DNA of 64,000 nucleotides from an uncultured Gemmatimonadaceae bacterium (GTDB lineage Bacteria > Gemmatimonadota > Gemmatimonadetes > Gemmatimonadales > Gemmatimonadaceae), in the NCBI GenBank assembly GCA_963702675.1, contig CAVPDN010000011.1, positions 8,430 to 72,429 of the forward strand, given 5' to 3'. Positions 1 through 12,363 of this stretch are shown piece after piece; the stretch's first letter is position 1, and every line of letters starts with the position of its first letter. Position numbers and translations under genes: made by a program. The notes under the pieces were generated by a model, which did not search any database, was not told the origin of the DNA, and saw nothing but the letters and a program-made list of their open reading frames with translations.

Positions 1-298
1 GACGTCGAGGAAAATACGAATATCGTTTCCGGCCGACAAGCGACGCAAAGCCGGCGCTGACTAACGCCGGCGCCGGCTGGGTCTTCCACGAATGTAGGCG
101 GCTAGGCCGCTGGCCTGGCGACTACGAGGCGAATTCCCGTCACCCCTTGTAGAGGTACGTTCACCCTAACACTCGGCGCGGCGGCGAAGGCGCTCGCGAA
201 CGTCATTTCGCGAGTGCTGCAGCCCGGGTGGCCGCATGCGACATGATCTGCACCCAAGATTTGCATTGGCTGACCGTGCTACTGGCCGCAAATGAGCC

Positions 299-1913
299 TC
301 ACAGCCTAACGCGCTCCTTGTGCGTCCCGTCCGCCGGCACCACAATCCGCGCCCGATAATCCGCGCAGTAGCTCTTCGACACCCGCAACACATACGCCCC
401 GCTCGGCACCACGATCGGCGTCGCCTGCGGAATCGCCCCACTCGCCACACTCGTCCCATCGACTGTCGAGAGATCCCACCGCGCCCCGTTAGGCTCGGCG
501 TCCACCGTCACGGTGCCACACGGATGCGGCGCCAGCTTCACCCTCACCTCGCCGTGGTCCGGCACCTGCGCGATCGCGCTGTCCGCCGCCCCCGCACACC
601 CCGCAATCGTTTTCACGGCAGCCACCACCCGATGCTCGCCGGCCGCGAACTTGGTCCCGCTCCAATTGCCGTGCCCAACGACCTTCCCATCCACCCGCAC
701 CTGGGCTTCGTTAGGCGCGGCGATGCGCAGGACCGGCGGCGGCGCCGGCGCGGCGGCGGCAGGAGGCGGCGCCTGGGGCACGGTCGCCGAGGCCGACTCC
801 ACATGGGTCGCGGCTGCGTCACCGGCACCGACGCGAGGGTCGAATCGGCGCTTGCGCACACCGGGCGGCGCCGCATGCGCCGCCTCGGCCTTGGCCCGGC
901 TCAGCGCCAGCGCGGAGATGATCGCCACCGCGCCTAACGCACCGCCCGCGGCCACCCACCGCGGCCGGCGCGGCGAAGCGCCGCCACCAGTCGGTCACGA
1001 TCTCCACGCCCGTCTGCACGGCCACGCCCGCGATCGGCGTCGGCATCACCACAGTGGCCTCGCCATCGGGACTCGATGCCCGGCCTAACAACTGAATCAA
1101 CTCGGCGTGGAGGGCGTCGCCGGTTGGGTATCGGGCGCCGGGCTCCTTCTCCAGACACTTGAGCACCACCCGCTCCACCCCGCGCGACAGGGCGGGGTTG
1201 AACGCCCGGGGCCGAGGCGGCAAATCTTCGACGTGCTGCCGCGCGATCTCGTACCAGTCCTCGCCCTGAAACGGCAGCACACCGGTCCCGGCCCGGAACA
1301 ACGTCACGCCTAACGAATAAATGTCGCCCCGACCATCAAGCGGAGCCCGCGCGCCTGCTCGGGCGAGAAATAGTGCGGCGTCCCCACCACCATGTTCGTC
1401 CCGGTCTGCTCCACATACCCGGTCACCGCCCGCGCTATCCCGAAGTCGGCCACGATCGCGTTCCCATGCTCGTCGAACAGAATGTTGTCCGTCTTGATGT
1501 CGCGATGGATCACACCCTCCCGATGCGCGAAGCCCAGTGCGGCGGACACATCCATGCCCAATCTGATGAGCAAGGTCTCGGGCAGCGTGCCCATGATCTT
1601 GAGCCGCTGGTCGAGACTGGTAGGCAAAAAGTCCATCACGAAATAGACGGCCTCGCCTTCGCGACCCACCGCCAGAATCCGGATGATGTTCGGATGCCGA
1701 AGCTTGGCGGCGGTCGACGCCTCGCGCCGAAACCGACTCTCGAAGGTCTCGTCGCCGGCAAACTGCGGCTTGAGTACCTTGATCGCCACCGGGATGTCGA
1801 GCTCAGGGTCGTATCCGCGGTACACCCACGCGAATCCACCCGATGCCGACGATCTCGTCGATGCGGAACCGACCCAGTTGCTTGCCGACGTATCGCTCAG
1901 GCACGGCGCTCAA
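299..1913 (-). pseudogene. Hanks-type Ser/Thr protein kinase with TM helix and PEGA-like C-terminal domain; frame broken at least 3 times
   Basis: ORFs 1310-1825, 819-1307 and 299-955 (-) join into one protein. Kinase motifs VAIKVLK, HRDIKTDNILF, DFGIA, GTPHYFSPEQ. TM segment AAGGALGAVAIISALAL. Frame jumps near 1840, 1315 and 960-990. Probable TTG start at 1913. Confidence 0.8.
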
Positions 1914-2002
1914 GCCTTTACAGGGGAGCTGACCGCAACTAAATTACTGTGCTTCAACGAATTCGGCCAACGAGAGAGAAAGGCGTCGGGGGAATATACA
2001 TA

Positions 2003-2264
2003 ATGGCGTTCGTCAAAGCTCCGCTCATTGAAAAGTACCGGGCACACGACACCGATAGCGGATCGTCCAAGCTCCAGGTATCGCTCCTCACCGAGCGCAT
2101 CAACTACCTCACCGATCACTTCCGCCTGCATCCCAAAGACAACCACAGTCGGCGTGGTCTGCTCAAGATGGTCGGGCGTCGTCGCCGTATCCTCGACTAC
2201 ATGAAGCGGACGGACCTCCAGGGGTATCGGCCAGCTCATCACCGAGCTTGGTCTGCGTCACTAA
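2003..2264 (+). pseudogene. rpsO: 30S ribosomal protein S15, 1-nt frame disruption near 2230
   Basis: [69 protein letters not shown]. The C-terminus LITELGLRH* is only read after a +1 shift at cggCcag. Length is 262 nt, not a multiple of 3. Confidence 0.85.
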
Positions 2265-2287
2265 GATCACCAGCCTTCTGCTTCCGG

Positions 2288-2322
2288 GCGGGCACCGCAA
2301 TACCGGTCCCCGCGCGTTTTGT
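2288..2322 (+). terminator. rpsO terminator/attenuator hairpin ahead of pnp
   Basis: GCGGGCACCG-CAATAC-CGGTCCCCGC stem-loop followed by GCGTTTTGTGTT, located between rpsO and pnp. Confidence 0.55.
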
Positions 2323-2343
2323 GTTCCCGTCACGAGTACAATC

Positions 2344-4620
<2,277 letters not shown>

Positions 4621-4624
<4 letters not shown>

Positions 4625-5886
4625 GCCCCGTTAGGCGGAAGCCCGACACCGGACTGCGCCGTACCACGCTGGCCAATGGACTGACCGTGCTCTCGGAGTA
4701 CATGCCGGGAGTGCGGTCGGTCAGTTTCGGGGCCTGGGTGCGCGCCGCGTCGGTTCATGAGCCGCGCGAGCGGATGGGCGTGTCGCACCTCCTCGAGCAC
4801 ATGGTGTTCAAGGGCACGCGGTCGCGCTCGGCGCGCGACATCGCGCTGTCGCTCGAAGTGTTAGGCGGCTCGCTGGACGCCTACACGGCGCGCGAGCACA
4901 CGTCGTTCCAGGCGCGCGTCCTCGACGAACATCTGCCGCAGGCGGCCGATGTCATCGGCGACCTCGTGTTCCGCCCGCTCCTGCGCGCCGAGGACCTGCG
5001 TCTCGAGCGGAAAGTTGTGCTCGAGGAAATCGGCATGGTCGAAGACACGCCCGACGACCTCGTGTTCGAGATGCACAACGAGGCCATGTGGGGCGCGCAT
5101 CCCTATGGCTACTCCATCCTCGGCACGCGCGAGACGGTCACTGCGTTGGGCGTGCGCGAGCTGCGGGAGCTGCACGCGCGGGCGTATCACCCGCCGCAGG
5201 TCGTGCTGGCCGCGGCCGGCAACGTGGACCACGATCATTTGCTGCAGGTGTTGACCGACACCGGTTGGGCGGACATTGACCGCGGCGACGCCACTCCGTT
5301 GGCCACGCCCGCGCTCACGCCGGCGCCGCCCACGGAGCGACACGTCCCGCGCGACGGTGCGCAGACGCACATCGTGTTCGGCTCGCCCACCGTGGCGCAC
5401 AGCGACCCGCGCCGCTACGCCGTGGTGCTCGTGGACACAGTGTTGGGCGGCGGCATGAGCTCGCGGCTCTTCCAGCGTGTGCGCGAAGAGCTGGGGCTCG
5501 CGTATTCGGTGTATTCGTTCCAGAACTTCCACCCCGAAACCGGATCGCACGGCGTCTATGTGGGCACCGCGCCCGAGACGGCGGCGCAAGCACGTGCGGC
5601 GATCCGGGACGAGTTGGCGCGCCTCACCGCCGAGAGTCTCACGGCGAAGGAAATCTCGGAGGGCAAGAGCCAGCTCAAGGGGCAGGTGACGCTGTCGCTG
5701 GAAAGCCCCTCGTCGCGGATGTATCGTGCGGCCGGCGTGGCGTTGTACGACGAGCCGTTCCGTACGCTCGACCAAGTGCTCGCCCTGATCGACGACATCA
5801 CCCCCGAGGTCGTGGCCGAAGTGTCGGCCGCGTTCTTCGATCCCGATCGGCAAACCGTGCTGGCGTTGGGCGGCGGCGACTGGTAG
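4621..5886 (+). CDS. M16 (pitrilysin/insulinase) family zinc peptidase
   Basis: Intact 421-aa ORF with the HxxEH motif ([14 protein letters not shown]). GTG start overlaps the pnp stop (GTGA). Confidence 0.85.
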
Positions 5887-5950
5887 CATCCGCCGTCGGC
5901 CAACGCGCCGCAGAACATTCAGACAACCCGCACACCACTCTCATCAAGCC

Positions 5951-7066
5951 ATGCTCATCGGCGTTCCGAAAGAGATCAAGACAAACGAGAATCGCGTCGC
6001 GCTAGTGCCGGCCGGCGCGGAGTCGCTGGTCGCCAACGGTCACAAGGTGCTCGTCGAGAAATCGGCGGGCGAAGGCAGCGGGTTCGCGGACGACTTGTAC
6101 GTCAAGGCGGGCGCGGCGATCGCGCCGGACGCCGATTCGGTCTGGAAGCAGGCCGACATGATCATGAAGGTGAAGGAGCCGATCGAGGTGGAGTGGAAGC
6201 GGATGCGGAAGGGGCAGACGATCTTCACGTACTTCCACTTCGCGGCCGACGAGAAGCTGACGCGCGCGCACATGACGAGCGGCGCCACGTGCATCGCCTA
6301 CGAAACGGTGCAGCTGCCTAACGGAGAGCTGCCGCTGCTCACACCGATGTCCGAAGTGGCGGGCCGCATGGCGGTGCAGGAGGGCGCGCGGTATCTGGAG
6401 AAGCTGCACGGCGGCCGCGGCGTTCTGTTAGGCGGCGTGCCCGGCGTGCCGCCGGGGAAGGTGGTGATTCTGGGCGGCGGCGTGGTGGGCACGCACGCGG
6501 CCAAGATGGCCGCCGGGTTGGGCGCCAAGGTCACGATTCTCGACATTTCCCTCGAGCGGTTGCGCTACCTGTCCGATGTGATGCCGGCCAACGTGACGCT
6601 CGTCTACTCCAACCGGCACACGATTCTCGAGCAGATCGCGACGGCCGATCTGGTGGTGGGCGCGGTGCTCGTGACAGGCGCCAAGGCGCCGCGGCTCGTG
6701 CGTCGCGACGATCTCAAGATCATGCAGCCCGGCTCGGTGATCGTGGACGTGGCCATCGACCAGGGCGGTTCCGTCGAAACGATTCACGCGACGACGCACG
6801 AGGATCCGGTGTATGTCGTGGACGGCGTGATCCACTACGGCGTGGCGAACATGCCCGGCGGCGTGCCGCGGACATCGACGCTGGCGCTGACTAACGCAAC
6901 CTTCCCCTACGCGCTGCAGTTGGCGAACAAGGGATGGAAGCAGGCGCTGCGCGAGAACGCGCCCTTGGCCAAGGGCCTCAACGTGGTGGACGGCAAGGTG
7001 GTCTATCCCGCGGTCGCGGAAGCGTTCGGTCTGGACTTCACGCCGGTGGCCAGCGCGCTGGCGTGA
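5951..7066 (+). CDS. ald: alanine dehydrogenase
   Basis: Intact 371 aa. [58 protein letters not shown] and ALTNAT are all classic Ald blocks. Confidence 0.93.
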   Translation: MLIGVPKEIKTNENRVALVPAGAESLVANGHKVLVEKSAGEGSGFADDLYVKAGAAIAPDADSVWKQADMIMKVKEPIEVEWKRMRKGQTIFTYFHFAADEKLTRAHMTSGATCIAYETVQLPNGELPLLTPMSEVAGRMAVQEGARYLEKLHGGRGVLLGGVPGVPPGKVVILGGGVVGTHAAKMAAGLGAKVTILDISLERLRYLSDVMPANVTLVYSNRHTILEQIATADLVVGAVLVTGAKAPRLVRRDDLKIMQPGSVIVDVAIDQGGSVETIHATTHEDPVYVVDGVIHYGVANMPGGVPRTSTLALTNATFPYALQLANKGWKQALRENAPLAKGLNVVDGKVVYPAVAEAFGLDFTPVASALA

Positions 7067-7878
7067 CGCCGCCGCGCATCCTCTGCTACCACAAGGTCGA
7101 CAGGCGTGTCGAGTTAGGCGTGACGCGCCTGTCCCCCCGCCGGTTCGCGCAGCAGATCGAACGGCTTGCGCGCCGCGGCTGCACGACGCTCTCGCTGGAC
7201 CAGCTGCGCGCCTGCCTAACGGGCGCGCGCCGCGCCGCTGCCCACGAGATCGCGATCACCTTCGACGACGGCTACCGCGCGCTGCGCGACCACGCCTTCC
7301 CGGTGCTCGCGGCGCACGGCTTCGGCGCGATCTGCTTCGTCGTCACCGACTATGCGGGCCGGCTCAATCGCTGGGACGTGGCGTACGGCGGCCGTCGGTT
7401 CGCGCACCTCGCCTGGCGTGACATGCGGTGCTGGCAATCGCGCGGCATCGAGTTCGCGTCGCATACGGCGAGTCACCCGCGCCTCACGTGGCTCGCCAAT
7501 GACGACGTGGCGCGCGAGCTCTCACGCTCGCGCGCGGCGATCCGTGACGCGCTCAATGTAGACCCGGCCGCGGTGAGTTGGCCGTTCGGTGCGCACGGCG
7601 AGCGCGAGCACCGCATCGCGGAGCGGGAAGGGTACACCCTTGGCCTAACAATCGGTGGCGCGCGCAGGTGGGCCGCCGATCTGTTCGCCGTACCGCGTCA
7701 TCCCGTCTACATATGGTCGCCGGCGACGCCCGGATTTGGCGCGCTTGCGACTCTCAATGTGTTGGCGGGTACCGTCGCCAATCGGTGCGCGATCGGTACG
7801 TCGATCATTCAACGACGCCAGCCGAGCACTCGGGTGGCCGAGCACGGGCTGGCTACTACGTTCCTGTTGAAAGGATAA
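7063..7878 (+). CDS. polysaccharide deacetylase (NodB homology) family protein
   Basis: [23 protein letters not shown] and SHTASHPRL motifs. GTG start overlaps the ald stop. The last ~10 codons lie inside the left arm of the 7849-8044 inverted repeat. Confidence 0.75.
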   Translation: MTPPRILCYHKVDRRVELGVTRLSPRRFAQQIERLARRGCTTLSLDQLRACLTGARRAAAHEIAITFDDGYRALRDHAFPVLAAHGFGAICFVVTDYAGRLNRWDVAYGGRRFAHLAWRDMRCWQSRGIEFASHTASHPRLTWLANDDVARELSRSRAAIRDALNVDPAAVSWPFGAHGEREHRIAEREGYTLGLTIGGARRWAADLFAVPRHPVYIWSPATPGFGALATLNVLAGTVANRCAIGTSIIQRRQPSTRVAEHGLATTFLLKG

Positions 7879-8044
7879 AAGCGGAAACAAGGGATAACTG
7901 CGGATAGGGCAACAACAGCAAGCCTTTGCTAAAACAACAAAAACGGCTCCATCCTACGCGATTCGTCCCTTCTCGCCTAACGGAACGAGCTGCTCTGATC
8001 CCGTGTTTCCGCTGTGATCCTTTCAACATGAACGTTGTAGCCAG
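7849..8044. repeat. long imperfect inverted repeat (47-nt arms, 42/47 complementary, 102-nt spacer); MITE-like or structured-RNA candidate
   Basis: Left arm 7849-7895 is CTGGCTACTACGTTCCTGTTGAAAGGATAAAAGCGGAAACAAGGGAT. The reverse complement of 7998-8044 is CTGGCTACAACGTTCATGTTGAAAGGATCACAGCGGAAACACGGGAT. The spacer is A-rich and contains one GCCTAAC (7975-7981). Confidence 0.85.
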
Positions 8045-8092
8045 TCCTGCCCGCCCCGAGCGAAGGACCCAGCCCGGCCCTCCAGGCAGGCC

Positions 8093-9274
8093 TCACACGA
8101 AATACTTGGCCACGACGGGAAAGAGCGCCGGATGCCTCACGAGCGCGCGGGCAAAGATTCTGCCTAACGTGCGCCGACGCTCCGGAATCCCGTTCGCCGA
8201 GCGGGCGAGATGGTTGAAGAACGCGTCGTCGAACTTGCCCAACGCTTCCTTGATGCGGTAAAACCGAACGTGGTCGTCGCCCAACATGCGCATCCATTCG
8301 GCGTGATAGCGCTCCAGGCGGGCGGCGCTCACGTCGTCGGAGCGTAAAGCCTCGATCGCGACCTGGGCGGCGAGGTGGCCCGACTTCATCGCGTTGACGA
8401 TCCCGCCGCCCGAGAGCGGATTGATCATGTGCGCGGCGTCGCCGCACAGAATCATTCCGTCGGTCACCGTGCGGGCCAACGTCGTCGACACGATCACGCC
8501 GCCTACGGTGTAGCCGGTTCGGACGCCGGTCGGGAAGTACGACTCGAGGTATCGGTCCAGGTACGCCCGCGCGCTGCGCCCCTGCTCGGCCCTGAGCGCC
8601 ACGATGCCCAGCCCGACGTTCGCCACGCCGACGGCCTTCGGGAACACCCAGGCGTAACCGCCGGGGGCGATGTCGCTGCCGAAGTGGAGGTAGATGGCGT
8701 CGGGATCGAACGCGATGCCGCCCACCACGTATTGGGCGCAGCTCTCCATGTCGCGGGACGCGACGCGCGTGTCGAGCCCGGCCCAACGACCCACCATGCT
8801 CTCCACCCCGTCGGCAGCAATGATGAGTCGGGCATCAATGCTGCCGGCGCCTGCCGGTCCGCGCGTCGTCACGCGCCAGCCCTGATCGACCCGCGTGAGC
8901 GACGTCGCCTCGGTGCCGATCACGATCTCGGCGCCGTTCCGGCCGGCCTCCTCGGCGATTGCAGGCTCGAAGCGGGTCCGGTCGAGCACGTAGCCCACGT
9001 CGCCCTCGGCGACGCGCACCTGGGTACCGTCGGGCGCCACAAACATCACGTGCGTGATCCGTCGCGACACCCACGGCGCGTTCACCGGGTCCATGAACGC
9101 GGCAATTCCGGCGTGACCGACGCCCTCGCCGCAGCGCACCGGCGCGCCAATGGCCCGGTCGCGCTCGAGGAGCATCACATCGAGGTCGGGTGCGGAAGCG
9201 GCGACATCGCGAGCGGCGATCAGTCCCGCCGGTCCGCCTCCCACCACGAGCACATCGCAGCGCAATGTAGTCAT
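8093..9274 (-). CDS. geranylgeranyl reductase family FAD-dependent oxidoreductase
   Basis: Intact 393 aa. N-terminal DVLVVGGGPAGLIAA dinucleotide fold, GYAWVFPK and LCGDAAHMINPLSGGGI motifs. Confidence 0.85.
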   Translation of the reverse strand: MTTLRCDVLVVGGGPAGLIAARDVAASAPDLDVMLLERDRAIGAPVRCGEGVGHAGIAAFMDPVNAPWVSRRITHVMFVAPDGTQVRVAEGDVGYVLDRTRFEPAIAEEAGRNGAEIVIGTEATSLTRVDQGWRVTTRGPAGAGSIDARLIIAADGVESMVGRWAGLDTRVASRDMESCAQYVVGGIAFDPDAIYLHFGSDIAPGGYAWVFPKAVGVANVGLGIVALRAEQGRSARAYLDRYLESYFPTGVRTGYTVGGVIVSTTLARTVTDGMILCGDAAHMINPLSGGGIVNAMKSGHLAAQVAIEALRSDDVSAARLERYHAEWMRMLGDDHVRFYRIKEALGKFDDAFFNHLARSANGIPERRRTLGRIFARALVRHPALFPVVAKYFV

Positions 9275-9558
9275 TGGCGAGGGGTCGTCGTCATCGCGCT
9301 GCCATCACGCGGTATCATTGAGAGTGCGCCCACCGGACACGGTGCAATGCACTTGCGACACCCGGTGCAAATTGGATCGTCAATAAGGAGCCCGTCTCTG
9401 TGCAGCGCGATGGCGGCGGGCGGGCAAAGCGGAAGGCAGAGTCCGCAGGTATCGCACACGGATGGGTCGACGATCGCGATGTCGGCGGCGCGGCGCTTCA
9501 CTGACGACGACGATGATGGGGCACGATCCGGGGGAACGCCGTTCATGCGCGCGAGCAT
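9271..9558 (-). CDS. 4Fe-4S dicluster ferredoxin-type protein
   Basis: Two Cys clusters, CDTCGLCLPLCP and CTGCRKCIAPCP. ATGA overlap with the downstream reductase. Confidence 0.8.
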   Translation of the reverse strand: MLARMNGVPPDRAPSSSSSVKRRAADIAIVDPSVCDTCGLCLPLCPPAAIALHRDGLLIDDPICTGCRKCIAPCPVGALSMIPRDGSAMTTTPRQ

Positions 9559-9690
9559 ATCGACACACGCTAGGTACTGTCAAGCCAACACCTTGCTGCA
9601 ATTTGTCTGCGCGACTAGCTTAACCGCGACCGTGCTATTCCCCACCTGCCGCTCACCGCGTTCCGCCAGGAACGCTAGCCTGGTTTTCTA

Positions 9691-10728
9691 ATGCGCTGGC
9701 CCCTCTTCAAGGCGGGATCGCTATTTCCCGCGAACGAAATCGCCGTTGACCTCGGTACGGCGAACACTCTCATCTACGTCAAGGGTGAGGGGATCGTGCT
9801 CAACGAGCCGTCGGTGGTCGCCATCGACAAGGCGACGGGCAAGATCAAGGGTATCGGCCTCGAGGCCAAGCGGATGCTGGGCCGGACGCCCGAGGGGATG
9901 ATCGCGGTGCGGCCGATGAAGGACGGCGTGATCGCCGACTTCGACGTGACGGAGAAGATGCTCCGCTATTTCCTCAAGATCATCATCGACAATCACGTGT
10001 TCCGGGTGAAGCCGAACGTCATCGTCTGCGTGCCGAGCGGCATCACCGAAGTGGAAAAGCGCGCCGTGCGCGACTCTGCGTTAGGCGCGGGCGCCAAGGA
10101 AGTGTTCATGGTGGCCGAGCCGATGGCGGCGGCGATCGGCGTCGGGCTGCCGGTGGAAACGCCCACCGGCAACATGGTGATCGACATCGGCGGCGGCACC
10201 ACCGAGATCGCCGTGATCGCGCTTTCCGGCATCGTGTCCGACACGTCCATCCGCACCGGCGGCGACGAGCTGGACATGGCGATCGTGCAGTTCATGCGCA
10301 AGAACTACAACCTCCTCATCGGCGAGCCGACGGCCGAGCAGATCAAGATTCAGATCGGCTCCGCGGCGCCCGTGGGCGAGGAGCGCGAGATGGAAGTGAA
10401 GGGACGCGATCTCGTGTCCGGCATCCCGAAAACGGTGCGCGTGCACTCGAGCGAGATTCGCGAGGCGATCCAGGAACCCATCCAGCAAATCGTCGACGCG
10501 GTGCGTCGCGCCCTCGAGATCACGCCGCCGGAATTGGCGAGCGACATCGTCGATCGCGGCATCGTGATGACGGGCGGCGGCGCGCTCATCCGCGGGCTCG
10601 ATCTCCTGCTCAGCCAGGAGACGAACCTGCCGATTCACGTGGACGAGGATCCGCTCACCTGCGTGGTGCGCGGCACCGGCCGGATCCTCGACGACGAGGA
10701 CAAGTACTGGTCGGTGCTCCAGTCTTGA
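9691..10728 (+). CDS. mreB: rod shape-determining protein MreB
   Basis: Intact 345 aa. [43 protein letters not shown]. Confidence 0.95.
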   Translation: MRWPLFKAGSLFPANEIAVDLGTANTLIYVKGEGIVLNEPSVVAIDKATGKIKGIGLEAKRMLGRTPEGMIAVRPMKDGVIADFDVTEKMLRYFLKIIIDNHVFRVKPNVIVCVPSGITEVEKRAVRDSALGAGAKEVFMVAEPMAAAIGVGLPVETPTGNMVIDIGGGTTEIAVIALSGIVSDTSIRTGGDELDMAIVQFMRKNYNLLIGEPTAEQIKIQIGSAAPVGEEREMEVKGRDLVSGIPKTVRVHSSEIREAIQEPIQQIVDAVRRALEITPPELASDIVDRGIVMTGGGALIRGLDLLLSQETNLPIHVDEDPLTCVVRGTGRILDDEDKYWSVLQS

Positions 10729-10735
10729 TGGCGCC

Positions 10736-11878
10736 GTGAGCAACGTCTCCCGCACCTATGGTCGCCGGGACAGCATCCTGTTCGTAGTCTGTGTCGTGCT
10801 TGCGTTCGTCGCACAGTTTCTCCCCGAACATCTTCGCGATCCATTCACGGCGGCGCTTCGGCACACGGTGCTGGCGCCGCTGGTCTCGCTGCAGCACGAC
10901 GCGGAGATGACGCACCAGGCGTGGCTGACGCGCGAGGCGCGGATCACGGCGCGCGACAGCGTGGAGCTGCAGGCGATGACCTTGGGCGCGCTCAACGCCG
11001 AGAACGACCGGCTGCGCAAGACGCTCCAGTTAGGCGCGCGGCTCAAGTGGGGCTTCGTGCCCGCCGAGGCGCTGCAAGGCCGCGACATCGGCGAGGAATA
11101 CACCGTCACGCTCTCGGCCGGGTCTAACGCCGGCGTCCGGGTGTTCAGTCCCGTCGTGGCGCCCGAGGGGTTGGCCGGCATGGTGAAAACGGTCGATCCG
11201 ACGATGAGCATCGCGATCGTCTGGGCGCACCCCGACTTTCGCGTGAGCGCGATGGCCGAAGACGGCAGCGCGTTCGGCATCGTGGCGGCGCACGAAGGGA
11301 GCGACCCCGAGCGGTACCTGCTCGAGATGCGCGGCGTGCCGGTGCGCAGCACGCTCAAGCCCGGCACGCTCATCGTGAGCTCGGGACTCGGCAGCACCTT
11401 TCCGCGCGGCATTCCGGTGGGCACCGTGTTAGGCGAGCTCAAGACGTCGGAGCTGTGGGCGCGGACGTACCTGCTGCGCCCGGCGGTAATGCCGCAGGAC
11501 ATGTCGACGGTGATGGTCTTGTTGCCGCAGCGGACGGTGGCCGGCGTGGACGGCGTGTGGCAGAGCGGGCGGGGGACCAATGCGGCGGCCAAGGCCATCG
11601 TCGCCGCCGGCGATTCGCTCGAGCGCGCGGCGCGTCTCGCACGCGGCGATACGACGCGCGCGGACACGTCAGTGCGTTCCTTCGTCTCCACGACCGTGCG
11701 CCGCGATTCGCTGCACCGCGTGCGGCGCGACACGCTGCCGCACACGCTGCCGCACACGCTGCGCAATGCGGCGCGGGCCCGTCCGGATTCCTCGCGCGCG
11801 CCGTCCGACACCACCCGTCGTGCCGTTCCGTCGCCTGCGCCGGCGCCGCCCGACAGCGGCGAGCGCCCGACGCCATGA
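10736..11878 (+). CDS. mreC: rod shape-determining protein MreC with low-complexity C-terminal tail
   Basis: Position after mreB, N-terminal TM helix, coiled-coil, GMVKTVDP/SSGLGSTFPRGIPVG motifs. The tail contains a 12-nt tandem repeat (TLPHTLPHTL). Confidence 0.85.
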   Translation: MSNVSRTYGRRDSILFVVCVVLAFVAQFLPEHLRDPFTAALRHTVLAPLVSLQHDAEMTHQAWLTREARITARDSVELQAMTLGALNAENDRLRKTLQLGARLKWGFVPAEALQGRDIGEEYTVTLSAGSNAGVRVFSPVVAPEGLAGMVKTVDPTMSIAIVWAHPDFRVSAMAEDGSAFGIVAAHEGSDPERYLLEMRGVPVRSTLKPGTLIVSSGLGSTFPRGIPVGTVLGELKTSELWARTYLLRPAVMPQDMSTVMVLLPQRTVAGVDGVWQSGRGTNAAAKAIVAAGDSLERAARLARGDTTRADTSVRSFVSTTVRRDSLHRVRRDTLPHTLPHTLRNAARARPDSSRAPSDTTRRAVPSPAPAPPDSGERPTP

Positions 11879-12363
11879 GACCGACCGATCTCGCACGGAC
11901 CGCGTTGGCGTTCGTGGTGCTCGTGCTGTTGCACTACACGCTGCGCCCGATGCTCGGCTGGCACGCCAGCCCTGACTTTCTGCTCATTGCGCTGCTGCTG
12001 GTCGCGATCCGCATCCGGCCCGGCAACGCCGCCCTGTTAGGCCTGGTGATGGGGCTGGTGGCCGATTCGCTGGAGCCGCACGCGTTCGGCGCCGGTGCGT
12101 TAGGCATGTGCCTGGTGGGCTTCGGCGCGTCGTGGCTCAAGGCGGTGTTCTTCGCCGACGACGTGGTGCTCAACGCGCTGTTTTTCTTCTGCGGCAAGTG
12201 GGCGTTCGACGTGATCGTGCTGCTGGCGGCGCACCGAATGGCCGGTAGCGCGCTGGTGATCGAGCTGTTGGTGTGGTCGCCGCTCAAGGGCGTGGTCACC
12301 GCGCTCTTCGGCTTGCTCACGTTGCTGATTCTGCGCCCGATCCTGAGGGCGTCCACGTCGTGA
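11875..12363 (+). CDS. mreD: rod shape-determining protein MreD
   Basis: Small polytopic membrane protein between mreC and mrdA. ATGA overlap with mreC. Confidence 0.75.
   Translation: MRPTDLARTALAFVVLVLLHYTLRPMLGWHASPDFLLIALLLVAIRIRPGNAALLGLVMGLVADSLEPHAFGAGALGMCLVGFGASWLKAVFFADDVVLNALFFFCGKWAFDVIVLLAAHRMAGSALVIELLVWSPLKGVVTALFGLLTLLILRPILRASTS

Noticed and set aside
1-298. A possible C-terminal gene fragment ending at TGA 58-60, followed by the hairpin GCCGGCG-CTGACTAA-CGCCGGC (50-71) and CTCGCGAA-CGTCAT-TTCGCGAG (near 192-213).
   Set aside because: The fragment is too short to identify. The hairpins lack U-tracts and have no clear partner gene.
11729-11764. A 12-nt tandem repeat (CACACGCTGCCG x ~3) in the mreC tail.
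   Set aside because: This is short low-complexity coding repetition (TLPHTLPHTL) in a disordered tail, with no independent significance.
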